Positions 1-13,423 of a stretch of DNA of 64,000 nt are shown here, one piece after another (position 1 is the first letter of the stretch; every line of letters starts with the position of its first letter). The stretch lies in the NCBI GenBank assembly GCA_012295275.1, contig CM022679.1, positions 12,462,001 to 12,526,000 of the forward strand. The letters run 5' to 3'. Position numbers and translations under genes: made by a program. This DNA comes from Chrysomallon squamiferum (Eukaryota > Animalia > Mollusca). Under the pieces are notes generated by a model. That model saw only the letters and a list, made by a program, of their open reading frames with translations, was not told the origin of the DNA and searched no databases.

Positions 1-426
1 CAGCACACACACACACACACGCACTCACACACACATAAACACACGCAAGCACGCGCACGCACACACACACACATTCATTAATATTTTGTATCGGTTTCTT
101 CTGGGGAGAGAAGAAAACTCGCAGCGAATAGTTCACATGTCAGAGACGAATATTTCACAGTTCGTCTGAGATACACAATCATGTTCGAAATATATGCTCG
201 ACCAGGGAGGAGTATATCTTGTATTTTACTTGACTACAACTGGTAAAACTCTAAATTCTATACCGACAAATAGTATTTGCTACAGTGGAAGCAAATAGCA
301 AGCGGCGTTATAAAAAAGAGAGTTTAAAAAAAAAAAAAAAAAAAGCAAGTGAGGTAATAATGTGTACATTTAAACAGCCCGGCTGTGTTTATTCTGCTGC
401 TTTTAAGGATATTTTACAGTGATTCC

Positions 427-436
427 GTGACGTCAC
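427..436. promoter_or_regulatory. Perfect CRE palindrome GTGACGTCAC
   Basis: 10-bp palindrome within a non-repetitive island. Confidence 0.3.
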
Positions 437-1488
437 AGCTATAGGATAAGGTTAAGTGTTGCCTGCAATCCCCATATGTGTTGTTAACTGTAAGTCAGGC
501 GTCCGTGTGTGTTTAATAAGCTACTGTCGAAACCGTCGCCATTGGCGTTTTGAAAGCATGTTGTCAAAGGTTGTCATGACATTACAAGATCTCAGTAATG
601 GTGTTATCAGAAAGTAATTTAAACTACAAATACAGTCTACAGCAGGATCATATTGTTCTGTAGGAAACGTAGTTCAGAACAATAACAACAACAATAATAT
701 TAATAATAACATTAACAATAAAAACAACAATAATAACAATAGTAACAACAGAAGTAACGACAGCAAGAGCACCATACTGTTTTCTTTTCCTGTTTTTTAT
801 TTATTCATTTATTTATTTATTTCCATATTTTGTTCGTTTAATAATGAGTGAAGTGTGAAATTACAATTTTATACCTAAAGAATAGAATAAATAGAATAAA
901 TGGAATAGAATAATAAAATAATAGTAATAATAATTTTAAGGTCCACATTTTATCATATCTGTATTCATTTCAGATTCACTTAAGACGAATTCCAATGATA
1001 ATTCAGCCAACAACTCCTCTCAGTTAATCCAACCAAAACTAAAGAATCTATCACAGCAGAAAATCTTAAAATCATACCTTTTCATCTCATTTCTCCGGAA
1101 CTTCATCACACTGGTTAATGTATTTTATTTATAGTGATGATAAAATTAGGCTTCTCTTCATTATTTCTTCGTTTATATTGCTGCATCAGTATGCAGTATT
1201 TTGCATTTAATGACTCCATTTCATTGCATAGTCTGTACATTCCTACACAGTCTGTAGATTTCAGCCAACAGCTTTTTAAAATCTAGTTTAATTTATTTCA
1301 GTCTCAAAGTTTCACTGCTTCTTTGCGTTTCGAATATTAATGATCACTTTTGTTACTGAAAATTATTAATTTGATGTTATAATTAAATAAATTACAAGCG
1401 ATATGGCACAGACGTTTGTTATCTAGTTTTTTAAATAATAGATATGGTTAAAGTTTTTGGATGTGTCTGTATTTATTTATTTATTTAT

Positions 1489-1602
1489 TTAGTTAGTTCG
1501 TTAGATAGTTAGTCAGATAGTTTGTTAGTTTTTATATTTATACTATTAGTTAGTTCGTTAGATAGTTAGTCAGATAGTTTGTTAGTTTTTATATTTATAC
1601 TA
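1489..1602. repeat. 57-bp tandem duplication (2 copies)
   Basis: AGTTAGTTCGTTAGATAGTTAGTCAGATAGTTTGTTAGTTTTTATATTTATACTA begins at 1491 and again at 1548. Confidence 0.9.
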
Positions 1603-1606
1603 CTAC

Positions 1607-1642
<36 letters not shown>

Positions 1643-1697
1643 ATATTTTATTTTTATTTTTGTCTTGACAGTAATGAACATGTTTCATTAGCAATTT

Positions 1698-1699
<2 letters not shown>

Positions 1700-1782
<83 letters not shown>
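1700..1782. repeat. (TC)n microsatellite
   Basis: Read directly. Confidence 0.95.
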
Positions 1783-1790
<8 letters not shown>

Positions 1791-2420
1791 ATTCATGTTT
1801 GTATGTTTTTGCGTGCATGTTTTTGCCTGCAAAAGTCAAAGAAAAATTGAAAAAACTGTTAAGAGAGTTTAATAATAGAAAAGTAGAAAAGATGGAAGAA
1901 AAGAAATAACGACGAGAAAGACAGAAAAAACCCAGATATAGACAGAGAGACCAACAAATACAGATGAGAGATGATATGTATAATATCAACTTGTTTGCAC
2001 ATCTAGAAATATGTGTTTGTATCGTAGAATGATGGCAGTTTAATGTCTGCATGAACTATTGACACCCGATTTTTTTAACCCATTTTAGTAATAAACTAAT
2101 GTTTTCTTGACAGCGTTTAAAACATTTTTAATTTAAAAGATATTAGTGTCAATTTTTTTTTGGGGGGGGGGATAATGATAATATGATATAAATAAAAATA
2201 TCTTTATTGCAACCTCATTTTTCTTTAGAAGCAATGATTATTTCTTTTAAGTTATGTTATTGTTTAATGATCTTTCCAAGTGCAAGTACTTTAACGTTGG
2301 ATACTATAAGCATATAGTATAGGCTGGAATGTGAAAAAGCACAAAGGGCTCACCGATGAGAGTTGACTTTGTAATATATAACATTTGAGAAGATTGTTCT
2401 ATTTCTATCTGTAGCTGCAA

Positions 2421-2580
<160 letters not shown>

Positions 2581-3635
2581 TTTATAATCTGTCTATAAAT
2601 TTGTCTACTTATCTATCTAACATTTTCTCTATTTAGTGGCTGTCGTTTCATTGAAGCTAAGACCATGGAAAACATTAAAACTATTTCAAGAATAATGATA
2701 AAATAAAAAAACCGCAACTCCGTTGTTTAACCAGTAAATCCAAGAAACTAGAGAAACGAGAATAAAGAGCATTAACACGTCGTGAACCAGGATAAAGAAA
2801 AATATATTTAAATAATTGATGACTTCAGCAGTTTAATCGTGAGGAGACTTCACCAAGTCCTGTGACAAAGGAAAATAATAAATCTACAGAGATCTTTTGA
2901 CTTCATGTCCTTTCGTACTTGAGAAACTCATCTCATTTTTTGTTTTGTGTTGTGGTGAGATAAACTGTTCTCAGACTTTTCCTCGTAATCCACTAGACAG
3001 TGGATTGTATGTCAAGTCGCGAAATGGACTGATTATTTTAAATGAGTACATAAACCAAAGACCTTGATTTTGTTTTTTAATATTTACGTTCCTGTCAATA
3101 AGAATAGATTTCTTGTTAGACATATATTTCTCTTATTAATTTGACAAGTTCCTGATATTAAAACTAAAGCAGCACATAAGTACCTTATCATGATCTATGG
3201 ATTTTTACTTACACTCTATCATCACTAGTTACAAAGCTTTCGTAGATTTTTATTCATAAAATGAACGCAAGCAAAAACGTGAAACCATTAGTATTTTCAG
3301 TCAATCATTGAACATTCAGAAATTAATCACTGTTGTTACAAATCTTTTTTTTTAACCGCAGGAAAAAAATAAAAACATTAGTGACGAAAAAAAATAATTT
3401 AAAAAAATGACATTAACATCATGCTTCTCGCAGACTTTATGGTTTCTAGTCTGTGTTTGTAATTACTCACGTTGTGCAACGTGATTTGTCTTTGTTGAGT
3501 TGTACAGCAGCTAAACCGAATCTGTTTCAAAGTTTTCCCTGAAAACTTGTAAGTGTCAGATATTTCTGAATACCAGTGAAAGTGAAACAAACAGACTTTT
3601 TAATTTCCCTATATTTAAAAATTAATAAAAAAAAT

Positions 3636-3642
3636 AAAAAAA
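3636..3642 (-). terminator. RNA polymerase III terminator (T7 run) of the tRNA-Thr gene
   Basis: A7 on the + strand (T7 on the - strand) begins 2 nt after the tRNA discriminator base. Confidence 0.8.
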
Positions 3643-3644
3643 CC

Positions 3645-3717
3645 AGCCTCCAGTGAGGATCGAACTCACGACCCCTGGTTTACAAGACCAGTGCTCTATC
3701 CACTGAGCTATAGAGGC
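3645..3717 (-). tRNA. trnT-UGU: tRNA-Thr (anticodon UGU)
   Basis: Reverse complement reads GCCTCTATAGCTCAGTGGATAGAGCACTGGTCTTGTAAACCAGGGGTCGTGAGTTCGATCCTCACTGGAGGCT (73 nt). Acceptor stem GCCTCTA/TGGAGGC, D-stem GCTC/GAGC, anticodon stem CTGGT/ACCAG around loop CT-TGT-AA, T-stem GTGAG/CTCAC with TTCGATC loop. A and B boxes are intact. Confidence 0.96.
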
Positions 3718-6700
3718 GAGACACGATTGGAGAAAGGGCCTGTTTGTTTGTCGGTTTGATTGTTGTTGGGTTGTTGTTGTTTTTTTTCATATTTTTCATC
3801 ATCGTCATTATCATTTTTGCTAAATTAGAAGTAACGTTTCTTGTTATGGTCTATATAACTTTTAACACACTCGTTAATGTTCCTCCATTTTCAAACTTCT
3901 ATAATCACCTTCCTTTCTTTTTTTTTTTTTTTTTTTTTTTTTTTCTGTTTCTTTCTGTTTTTCTTGTATTAAATCTATTTACTCTTTCTCCGAAGTTCCA
4001 TGCTGTCTTTCTTCTCCGTCTCTTATAACTTTCTTTTCTTCTCTATCTTCTTTCCGTTCTTCCTTGGCATTTCTTCGCATTTGAATTATCTCCTTCATGA
4101 TCTTCTCATCATTAAATTAATGAGAACGCACCCACTCTCTTCTTTATCTCCAAATCACCCTGTCTCATATTGATTTATATTGTAGATATGCAAGATATTT
4201 CCTCGACTGAAAAAGGTTTTAAGATATGCATCTCCGTTTCAAAAACAGCGAGAAATGTTTTGGGTTTATTTCGAATCTCAGGATGAAATCTGTTGACATA
4301 ACTACTGACAGTGGAAGAATATAATCAGCAATCTGTGTTGAAAAGTGAAAGTTTAATGTATTAGTAATAAGAGAAATTTACTGCAAAGGAAAATCGATAT
4401 TGTACATTTAATATTTATTGTTTTTTCGTGTTTAAATAAAAGTGTATTGGCTTTGTGTCTACGAAGTAAATTGTTTTCGAGAAAGATTACTTCATGCAGA
4501 AAAAATAATGTTACATTTGTTGTGTGAAATTTCATTTTTCATGCTGACATTAATTTTAATTCTTGATGGACCTGAAGAATACTAATTATACTGCAAGGCT
4601 GTTCTTTTAGTTGGTTTAATTTTTTTATTATTATTATTTTTTTTATTATTACAGTCGTCAACTTGTCATTATTCTTCTTTTTATTATCATCATCATCGTC
4701 ATTATTATTATTATTGTTGTTGTTGTTGTTATTGTTGTTGTTGTTATTATTATTACATCAGAAGGTAAACATCCGCTTATTCGATTCTATCCATCCTTCC
4801 ATTCGTTTTTGCCTCAATTAAATCTTGTAGTCAACATGCATTAAGAAAGTTCTATTTCCAAGCGTTCGAATTCAGTGTTATTTTCCTATATTGTATGCAA
4901 CAGCACACTATACAATACATTAAATCTAACAGACTGCAAGAAAAGTTTGCATTAAACTGAGAAAAGTAATAGAAAGATGCATATTACACATTTCGTTTAG
5001 GATTCCAATCAGTTGACGCATGCGACGAACTTAAGTGGCTGGCCAAATTAACTTACATCCTCAGAAGAAAGATGGCTTCTTTCTTCACTAGAACGAAGAA
5101 CGGATATCCGTGTAATTATTCCATGCGAGCGATTTCGCGAGAGATGTTCCAAGGCTAACCGGGCGACGCTCGAAGCCCCCAGCACTCATTAGTGAGACAT
5201 TTGTAAAAGGTGTTTCATTTCAAGTCGAAGAATTCTACAAAACGCTCGGCTAATTAATAAATTAATTGACTGGTGTCCCTTTAAAAAGCGTGGTTGATTA
5301 CTTGTTTTGTTTACAAGATCTACGCCGAAATTGGAATCGCACGCGAGATCGTTTTTCGTCACATTATTACCGTTGTCACTTCTAAGACATTGAGCCTTCC
5401 AGTAATTAAACTGTTTCTAGACAGCCAAAGTTTATGTTGCGGCTAAACTTTTGTGACGTGTAGGAAACAGCAGACAAGATCGAATTATCGATCATAGCAG
5501 TCATACAACTCGTCTATTCATTCTTCCATTATTTAATTTCATCAGTTTTTATTATTTTTATCTAACACAGAACAACTTTTTTTTTTAAAGTAGTCATGAA
5601 AAGTTGTTCATCCAAGACAGATTTAGTTTTGAATTTGTCGTTGGTAAGAAGTAAAGTTCTTTATTACTTCAACTATTATTATTATTACCAGGACTACTAC
5701 TGTTGGGATGTAATAAAAATCAAGATGTCTTGATTTGTACTCTGTATGTTTATCTTATTTCCAAAAATCTAAAATTTGACTGGATAAACGTGTTACATTT
5801 TTGTGTCATACAAAAATTAACTTTGTAAAAAAAAAAAAAAAAAATTATATCTGTCCTAATAATATTGCCTATTACCGTTTTAAAATTATCTGAGTTTAAA
5901 ACTGGAAAAGTAAATAAACTACAGTAAACTAATAATAATTTTGTATGAACGGTTAGTAACTGTCAGTGTTGTTGTTTACTGATAACAGGATAGTCGAAAA
6001 CGCGTCATGATTTACTCTTATCAATTAGAAGGAGCTGATCCTTTATATGCACATTCCATTTCTGAAAGCTACTCGTGTGTCACGGTTTGGAACGGGAAAC
6101 ACAGTAATAGAGAGTTTGGTGGAAGATTGATTCTAAGACATTTCACGCCTCGACAGCACACTTTAACAACTCAGAAACAGCCGTCACTTGAATTCAATTG
6201 ATTATCTTAGATTAAAAAAACTCTGTCAGAAAAACTTTAACTTCCTTGTTGTTATTCTAACTTGCATTGGTTCTTTTTTCTCTGCTAGGATGCACTCTGT
6301 TTGCTAGATGACTGCACATCAAAACGACTTTTAAATATAAATGTTGGCTTGTTCAATATATTAGTCATCGGTCCAACGTATATATTGAGCTAACGGTAAT
6401 ATCGGAAACAGAAAGTTTAATTAAGTCAAATCTAGCGAGTAAAGAATTTTCATGTAGAACAGCTTTGTATTGTGCTCTTACTTATTAGCTTTTTCACGAT
6501 TTAATTTTGGAAACCTCATAATACAGTTTCATTTCACTGTCTACAACGTGTATTGTAGATCTCTGGCCATTGGAAACTTATCTTTATTGAAACTCTGCTT
6601 GTTGTAGATTGCTTGGGTACGTTTCAAGATTACGTTTGAATTGGTGACATTTTTAATTAAGCTATCCTTTGCGAGCTTTTTGAATTAAGAAATGAACTGT

Positions 6701-7540
6701 GGAACTTTTGAATTAAGAACTAAATGGAGATATTTTTAATTTAAATCTGGACAAACGATACGGGATGAAATTTGTATCATCCGCAGAACTTTGCTCAATT
6801 AATTATCGGTTTTGTAAAGAAGAAATTTATTGATACTGTATTTGAAAGCTGATTCGTATAATTTTCTTTCCTACAAATTGTAACTAAGTCTTCAAGCGCT
6901 CTTGCTCTGTATCATTTGGGCGGTTTCCTAATTGCAATGCATTGCCAAAGGCGACCGATTTATGCTGATCGCACAATTCAACCACTCACACATTCCAATT
7001 AGAGGAATTCTATCAACTGCTCGTAAAAGAAATACGTTTAAAACCAATTCACAAACAAAAAGTTAGTTATTTTACACTGTAATGTGGTATTTTTTTTTTT
7101 CCTAATGTTGTTTTTCCCTGTCGTTTTCTTTCCAAAACAGTTCAATCACTCTTATGAAAACAATACAAAGCTATTATTTTTTTCTTTCCTCATTTACCAT
7201 ATTTTCTAATTATTCTCTAAAATCATGCAATAAAACCATTAAAATGAGAAATCCACAGTGAGACCGACATGAATAACAGTAACAAGAAAAAATGCAGATA
7301 ACATTATCATTGTGTGATGACAATAATGATGTGATAGCTAAAACAAATATACATTTTTCAGTCACTTTTGAATTTTATTGTGGTGTTAGAATTGATGTTA
7401 TATTAATAAATATGTAAGAATCTAGACATCTAAATAAATCCAGAAAAGTATGTATATGAAAACTGTTTGAATGTGTATGTAAATGAAAGAGAGTGAGAAA
7501 GAGAGAGTAGCTGAAGAATTAGGCAGGTAGGTAGGTAAAG

Positions 7541-7666
<126 letters not shown>

Positions 7667-8261
7667 GATATTGCTGAATAAAATGTGGACGTTACATGAA
7701 ATTGTACCGTATTAACGTGTCTTTAGGTTTCGTTAAATATAAAAAGTGGAAAACTCCAATTTGAATATTGCATCCCGTACCATAGTGACATTTGCATTGT
7801 TTTTAATCACGTGTAAGCACGAAACGGCTTTCATTTATTATCTCTTCGGTAATAGTTTCAATTATTATAAACGAAAAAAAAAATATCGTTAATGATTAAA
7901 ACATTGACTGGCGAAGACAAGATTGTAGTCAGACGAACAAAAAAGAAAAATAATAAATAATAAAGATTAGGTAAAGAAATTATGGATGTCAATCTCATGC
8001 AATACATTTTTCATTATGTTATTAAATTGTCTGTCACTCATCGGATAATAAAGATAATTTTTAAATTATAATTATAACAGACACATAAAAGAAAATTATG
8101 ATTATAGTATTCGTTAAATAAAATAAGCACATGAATTTATCGATTAAAGAAAAGAAAGCTATGAATGATGTGGAAGAATTTAAGTAAAGAAATACATATA
8201 AGTATGTTCTCTGTTGAAAAACTAAAATGTTTTATACTTTTTTTCACCAGATTCGAAATCT

Positions 8262-8325
<64 letters not shown>

Positions 8326-9371
8326 CACACACACGCATACACACACACACACACACACACACATCTCGTCATATTAAACCAGTCTAAATTTAAGAGATAA
8401 CTTTCTATTACTAGAAACAAACATATCAATATATATTAATAAATTCATCTCAATATAACATTCGTCTGGAAAAAAAAAAACATATATGGAACCTTTTAAA
8501 TACATATCATTTTATCTTACAAGGATTCGCCATTACTGTTAGTCAATTAGGTCACAGTGTTTATAAAAACCGGAAGTAGAAGGAAATGACGTCTATAAAC
8601 TTGAATGGAGTGAGTTTTGTTTTCCATTCTTTTCTTTACGCTGTGAATGGTTTCCAGTACTCGATTTTCCCAAGATAAAAATAACTATATATCTATAAAA
8701 GGCACTCGGAACTGACTGTTGAAAAGACTTTATTTTTTTCTTTGCTTCCTTTCCTTTTGTCGTCGGCTTCCTTTGTAATATAACGACACTGTTATGTTAT
8801 TATGCTAAGGTAATGCTGTATGATACAAATATGTCTGGTGCGTGTGTTTTTCCAACCGCAGCTGTCTATTGAAGGCTGCGTTAGATTAGATGTTCACATT
8901 TTAACGGACGACAGTGTCACATGCAATCAAAGAATATTATTATTTTATTTTATTTTATTTTAAAGTTATTATGGCAGTTGTTATATTTATTATTTATAGT
9001 ACAAATGAATGATGTTGAACGCTTGATGCTTTTCCGATTTCAGTTATTTATAGAAACTGGTTTTAATGGAGTTTTTTTTTTCAATAAACAGGCAGGTACA
9101 CATGTTGGTAAGCCAGTTTTAAGAAATATAATGTAAAAATGTATATATGTATATATTTCCTGATAGCATACTGCATAAACAGTGGGACAAATTAAAATAG
9201 TAACTGTACCAAAAATCATAATTATTTGAGTTGACACCTAATCTTATTAAATGAAAGGTCTTTAAATGAATATTAACTCTTTTTTTTTTTTACTTACATC
9301 ATAATTAAAAACCATCAGTTTAATTACATAACGAAAGAAAAAAGTAAAAAAGTAAAACATTTCAGTCAACT

Positions 9372-9445
<74 letters not shown>

Positions 9446-10963
9446 CCTGATTCAAACAGTTCCTGCTATATGAAGATTTCTTCTTCTTTTACCTTTCCTT
9501 TTTTTGTTTTTATCTTTTTACTGATCTCACCCTACATAATTTATAAATTCTTTAATTAGCACTGATAATCGCCGTATCCTTTTCATCTTCTGTTAACCAC
9601 GAAACTCGTTAATTTTTAATACAAATTTTATTTCGTTTTCTTCCAGTTTTTATTTCTATTATATTCAGGAAACGTCTAATTATCTTCTGAAGAAGACTCA
9701 TAAATACAGTCTTCACATAATTTACTTCATTCTAATTTAAAACAGGAATAGCACCAATATCTGAATACACTAAAGTTCTTTAAAACTTGCTTTATTCTCG
9801 TGTTTCATTTTGTTTTGTTTAATTTTTGGTTCTGTTTTTCTTTTTCTTTTTTTTTTTTTTTTTTTAATCTCCAGATATTTATTGAAGAACTTTAAACTTT
9901 CCAGTTTACAAAAAAGTGCTCTGAAAAGAAGAAGAATTCTAAATATTTCTGCAATTTAAACGGTTAATTAATGTAGATTCGTTGTTTTTGTTTTTTTGTT
10001 GTTGTTGTTTTCGTTATAGACATTTCAAGTATTTTATCTTTTGTATCCATTATAATTATATTCATCATTTTTAGTTATTCAGATTATCGTAATTAACAAA
10101 AGCAATGGTATTTGGTTTTGTGTCTACGGGAAGGTGGATTTAAAATATTCATTCTTGCTAATCTATTTGGATAACCCTTAGAATACTAGTTATATGTTCC
10201 CATTCTCTGATTTATTTTTTTTCTTCAAGAACTGTATATTTTACTGATAATAGTCCTTGTAATTATTAAAATGTACTGACAGATTGTTAAAAACTATTTT
10301 ATTTATTTATTAAAATTATAATATTCCTTTAGTGTTAATTTTGTTTTTGATCAATCAGTTATTCTTGTCATTAAGTACAAGACAGAAGTCTACAAAATTA
10401 CAGTTTTAATATTTGTTAACAGAAAAAATTTAAAAATCTCGTTACTGTTGTAATTGAAGCAGTTATTACTGCACTGAATAAAAGAAATGCTTGACGCCGA
10501 AAGTTTTCATGACTGGTACAAATGATGTCTAAAATGCGAAAATGTTTGTTGTTTTTGTTTTTGTTTTTGTGTTTATTTTGTTTTGTTTTGTTCTTTTTAC
10601 TGATAACATAGACTCAGGTAAACAACGAATTATCTACATTATGCATGACTGTAAGAAAGAAACAAAATGAAAGCTTAAACATATTTAGACCAAACTTTTC
10701 GAAGTGATATCAATTAAAAAATATCAGCTATAGACGGAACCAAATTTTGACAATTCCCTTTAAATATATGCGGTGAGGTGCTTATATATATATATAAAAA
10801 TATATATATATAAAATTGTCATTTACTTGTGTATGTATGTATGTATGCATGTTTGTGTGTTTCTTTGTATGTATGTAGGCATGAATGGATGCCTGTCTTA
10901 TGCATGTGTATGTTTGTAAGCACATATATATGTATGTCTGTACGTGTTTTAGAGAGAGAAGAC

Positions 10964-11089
<126 letters not shown>

Positions 11090-12045
11090 ATCAAGAGCGA
11101 GAGAAAGAAGCAGAGAGAGATCAACAGCAATTATTTTTATGGACTAAATCATTTCTCTGCGTTATCAGCCTATGTTACTTTGAGAGAATTCATTTAAAAT
11201 ATTAAATAAAATATCGGGGATCAATAGCACAATCAATGCGACTAGAACAGGTGAAATACAGTGGAAAACCAAAAAAGTGCTTGAATGACAATCAGACGTT
11301 GATTTCTGTCATGAGAATGTTATGCATCGCCAGGCCTTAATTTTATCACAGAAAACAGAAACTATTTTTGTACGAGTCTATTCACACTAGACGCTGTATG
11401 AGAGATATTTCATAACAAAAACCCTGAGGTAAATATTTACTGCCATTAAATGAATAACAACATATTGATTTTTGCATGTGTGTAAAAAAAAGGGTGTGTA
11501 TGTGTATGTGTGTGTGTGTGTATCTATATATATATATCTCTGTCTATCTGTCTATCTACCTATCTACCTATCTATCTCTCTATCTATATACATATATATA
11601 TTATTTCATCTTTTCTTAATAAACTGCAGTGAATCATTCACTAAACAGACAAACACGACAAATGGATGGATGGATGCGGGTGAATTGATGGGTTGGTAGG
11701 TAGTGATAGATAGACAGATAGATACAGAGATAGATAGAAAAATAATGAGAATGAGAAAGAAACAGAAGTGGAAAGAGGGATGAATAAATGAGTCGGAGTA
11801 TGGATACATACACAGATATACAGATGCACATAAATACATTCACAGATACATACATACATATATACTACACACATACATACATCCATGCATTTACTTCCAT
11901 ACTGACAGACGAAAGCACAGTATGATGGCTAGCTAGGTCACTGGTTAAATAAATATGTGAATTGACAAACTTGAAACAGATAGACATAAATAAAATAAAA
12001 TCAGACATACACCTAAATAAATAAATAAATAAATAAATTTATAAA

Positions 12046-12082
<37 letters not shown>

Positions 12083-12257
12083 AATAAAATAAAGATAAGT
12101 AAACATATGTTCAGCATGAACGTATTTTACTAGCCACCAAAAAGAAAATCGATTTTGTTCTGTTTAAATTATTTTAGGGAGAAAGACGTTAGCATTAGAA
12201 GAATATTGATTTTAATACTTCGACTGACTAACATCCAGGCTTTTTATTTTTATTTTA

Positions 12258-12289
<32 letters not shown>

Positions 12290-12298
12290 ATTTTATTT

Positions 12299-12342
<44 letters not shown>

Positions 12343-12375
12343 TTTGTTTGTTTGTTTTGTTTATAATTATTTTAT

Positions 12376-12408
<33 letters not shown>

Positions 12409-13373
12409 TCGAAAGCTGAGACTATAAGATTTTTAAAGAAAATGAAAACATCAAAGACCCAAAGGAACATAACGAAGAACTTCTCCGGGTAATAACGAAA
12501 AATGAGATCGTCAATTTTTACGACAAATTTGGAAATAACGAGGTAACATCTAACAGTGTAGGAACAATGGAGCTTTTAGTTTATTTGGCTAATGAAATCG
12601 ATAGGTAATTACGAGTACATATGTGTAATTCCCACCGCGCTGGAAAAGGCCATTATGTTATACCTACACTCTCCAGTAAATATGTTTGTTTTGCGCAGAT
12701 ATCGGGTCAATAGCAATTTACCTCAGGATTGGTGCGCAGTGGCCGGAAGTATTAAATATTAAAAAAAAAAAAAAAAAAAAAAGAAGAGGGTTTTTTTTTG
12801 GTTTAACGATGCTTATTACCAGAGTCTGTGGTTAACAGAATTGCGACGAAGTCGGTTTTTTTTTTTTTTAATGATTCATATTCGCTGTTAAAATGATAAA
12901 TGAAGTAGCCTCAGTATCACAGTAGGCGAGTGACCTGAGTCACTTCGGTGATGGCGTTGTTGTGTATTTTGTGTAAAAAAAGCAAAGATTGCTGTTTGTA
13001 GAGCCTTCGAGTCCATCGCGTTTTCCTGTAGATGTAGGTTGTTCATTGCAATCACAGTTTCTTTTAAAGATTTCCACTGTAAACCAGTACGAAGACCATT
13101 TTTTTTTTTTTTTTCTTAATATTGGTATCGTTTTCTTACGAACTACCACTTAAGGTTATTGTAGATAAAATTTAACACTTCAGCCGCAGTTGTCGATGGC
13201 AGACACATTAGCAGTCTGACATTCAGATAAATCTACGATGTTCGTCAGACTAGAAATATACTGCAAACAAATGATGTCACACAATGGCTGTATGTACGTT
13301 ATCACGATTGTCAATTGTAATTGTTTTATTTTTTGTCACACCTTTACTTTATATGCGATATTATAAGTATGCC

Positions 13374-13423
<50 letters not shown>

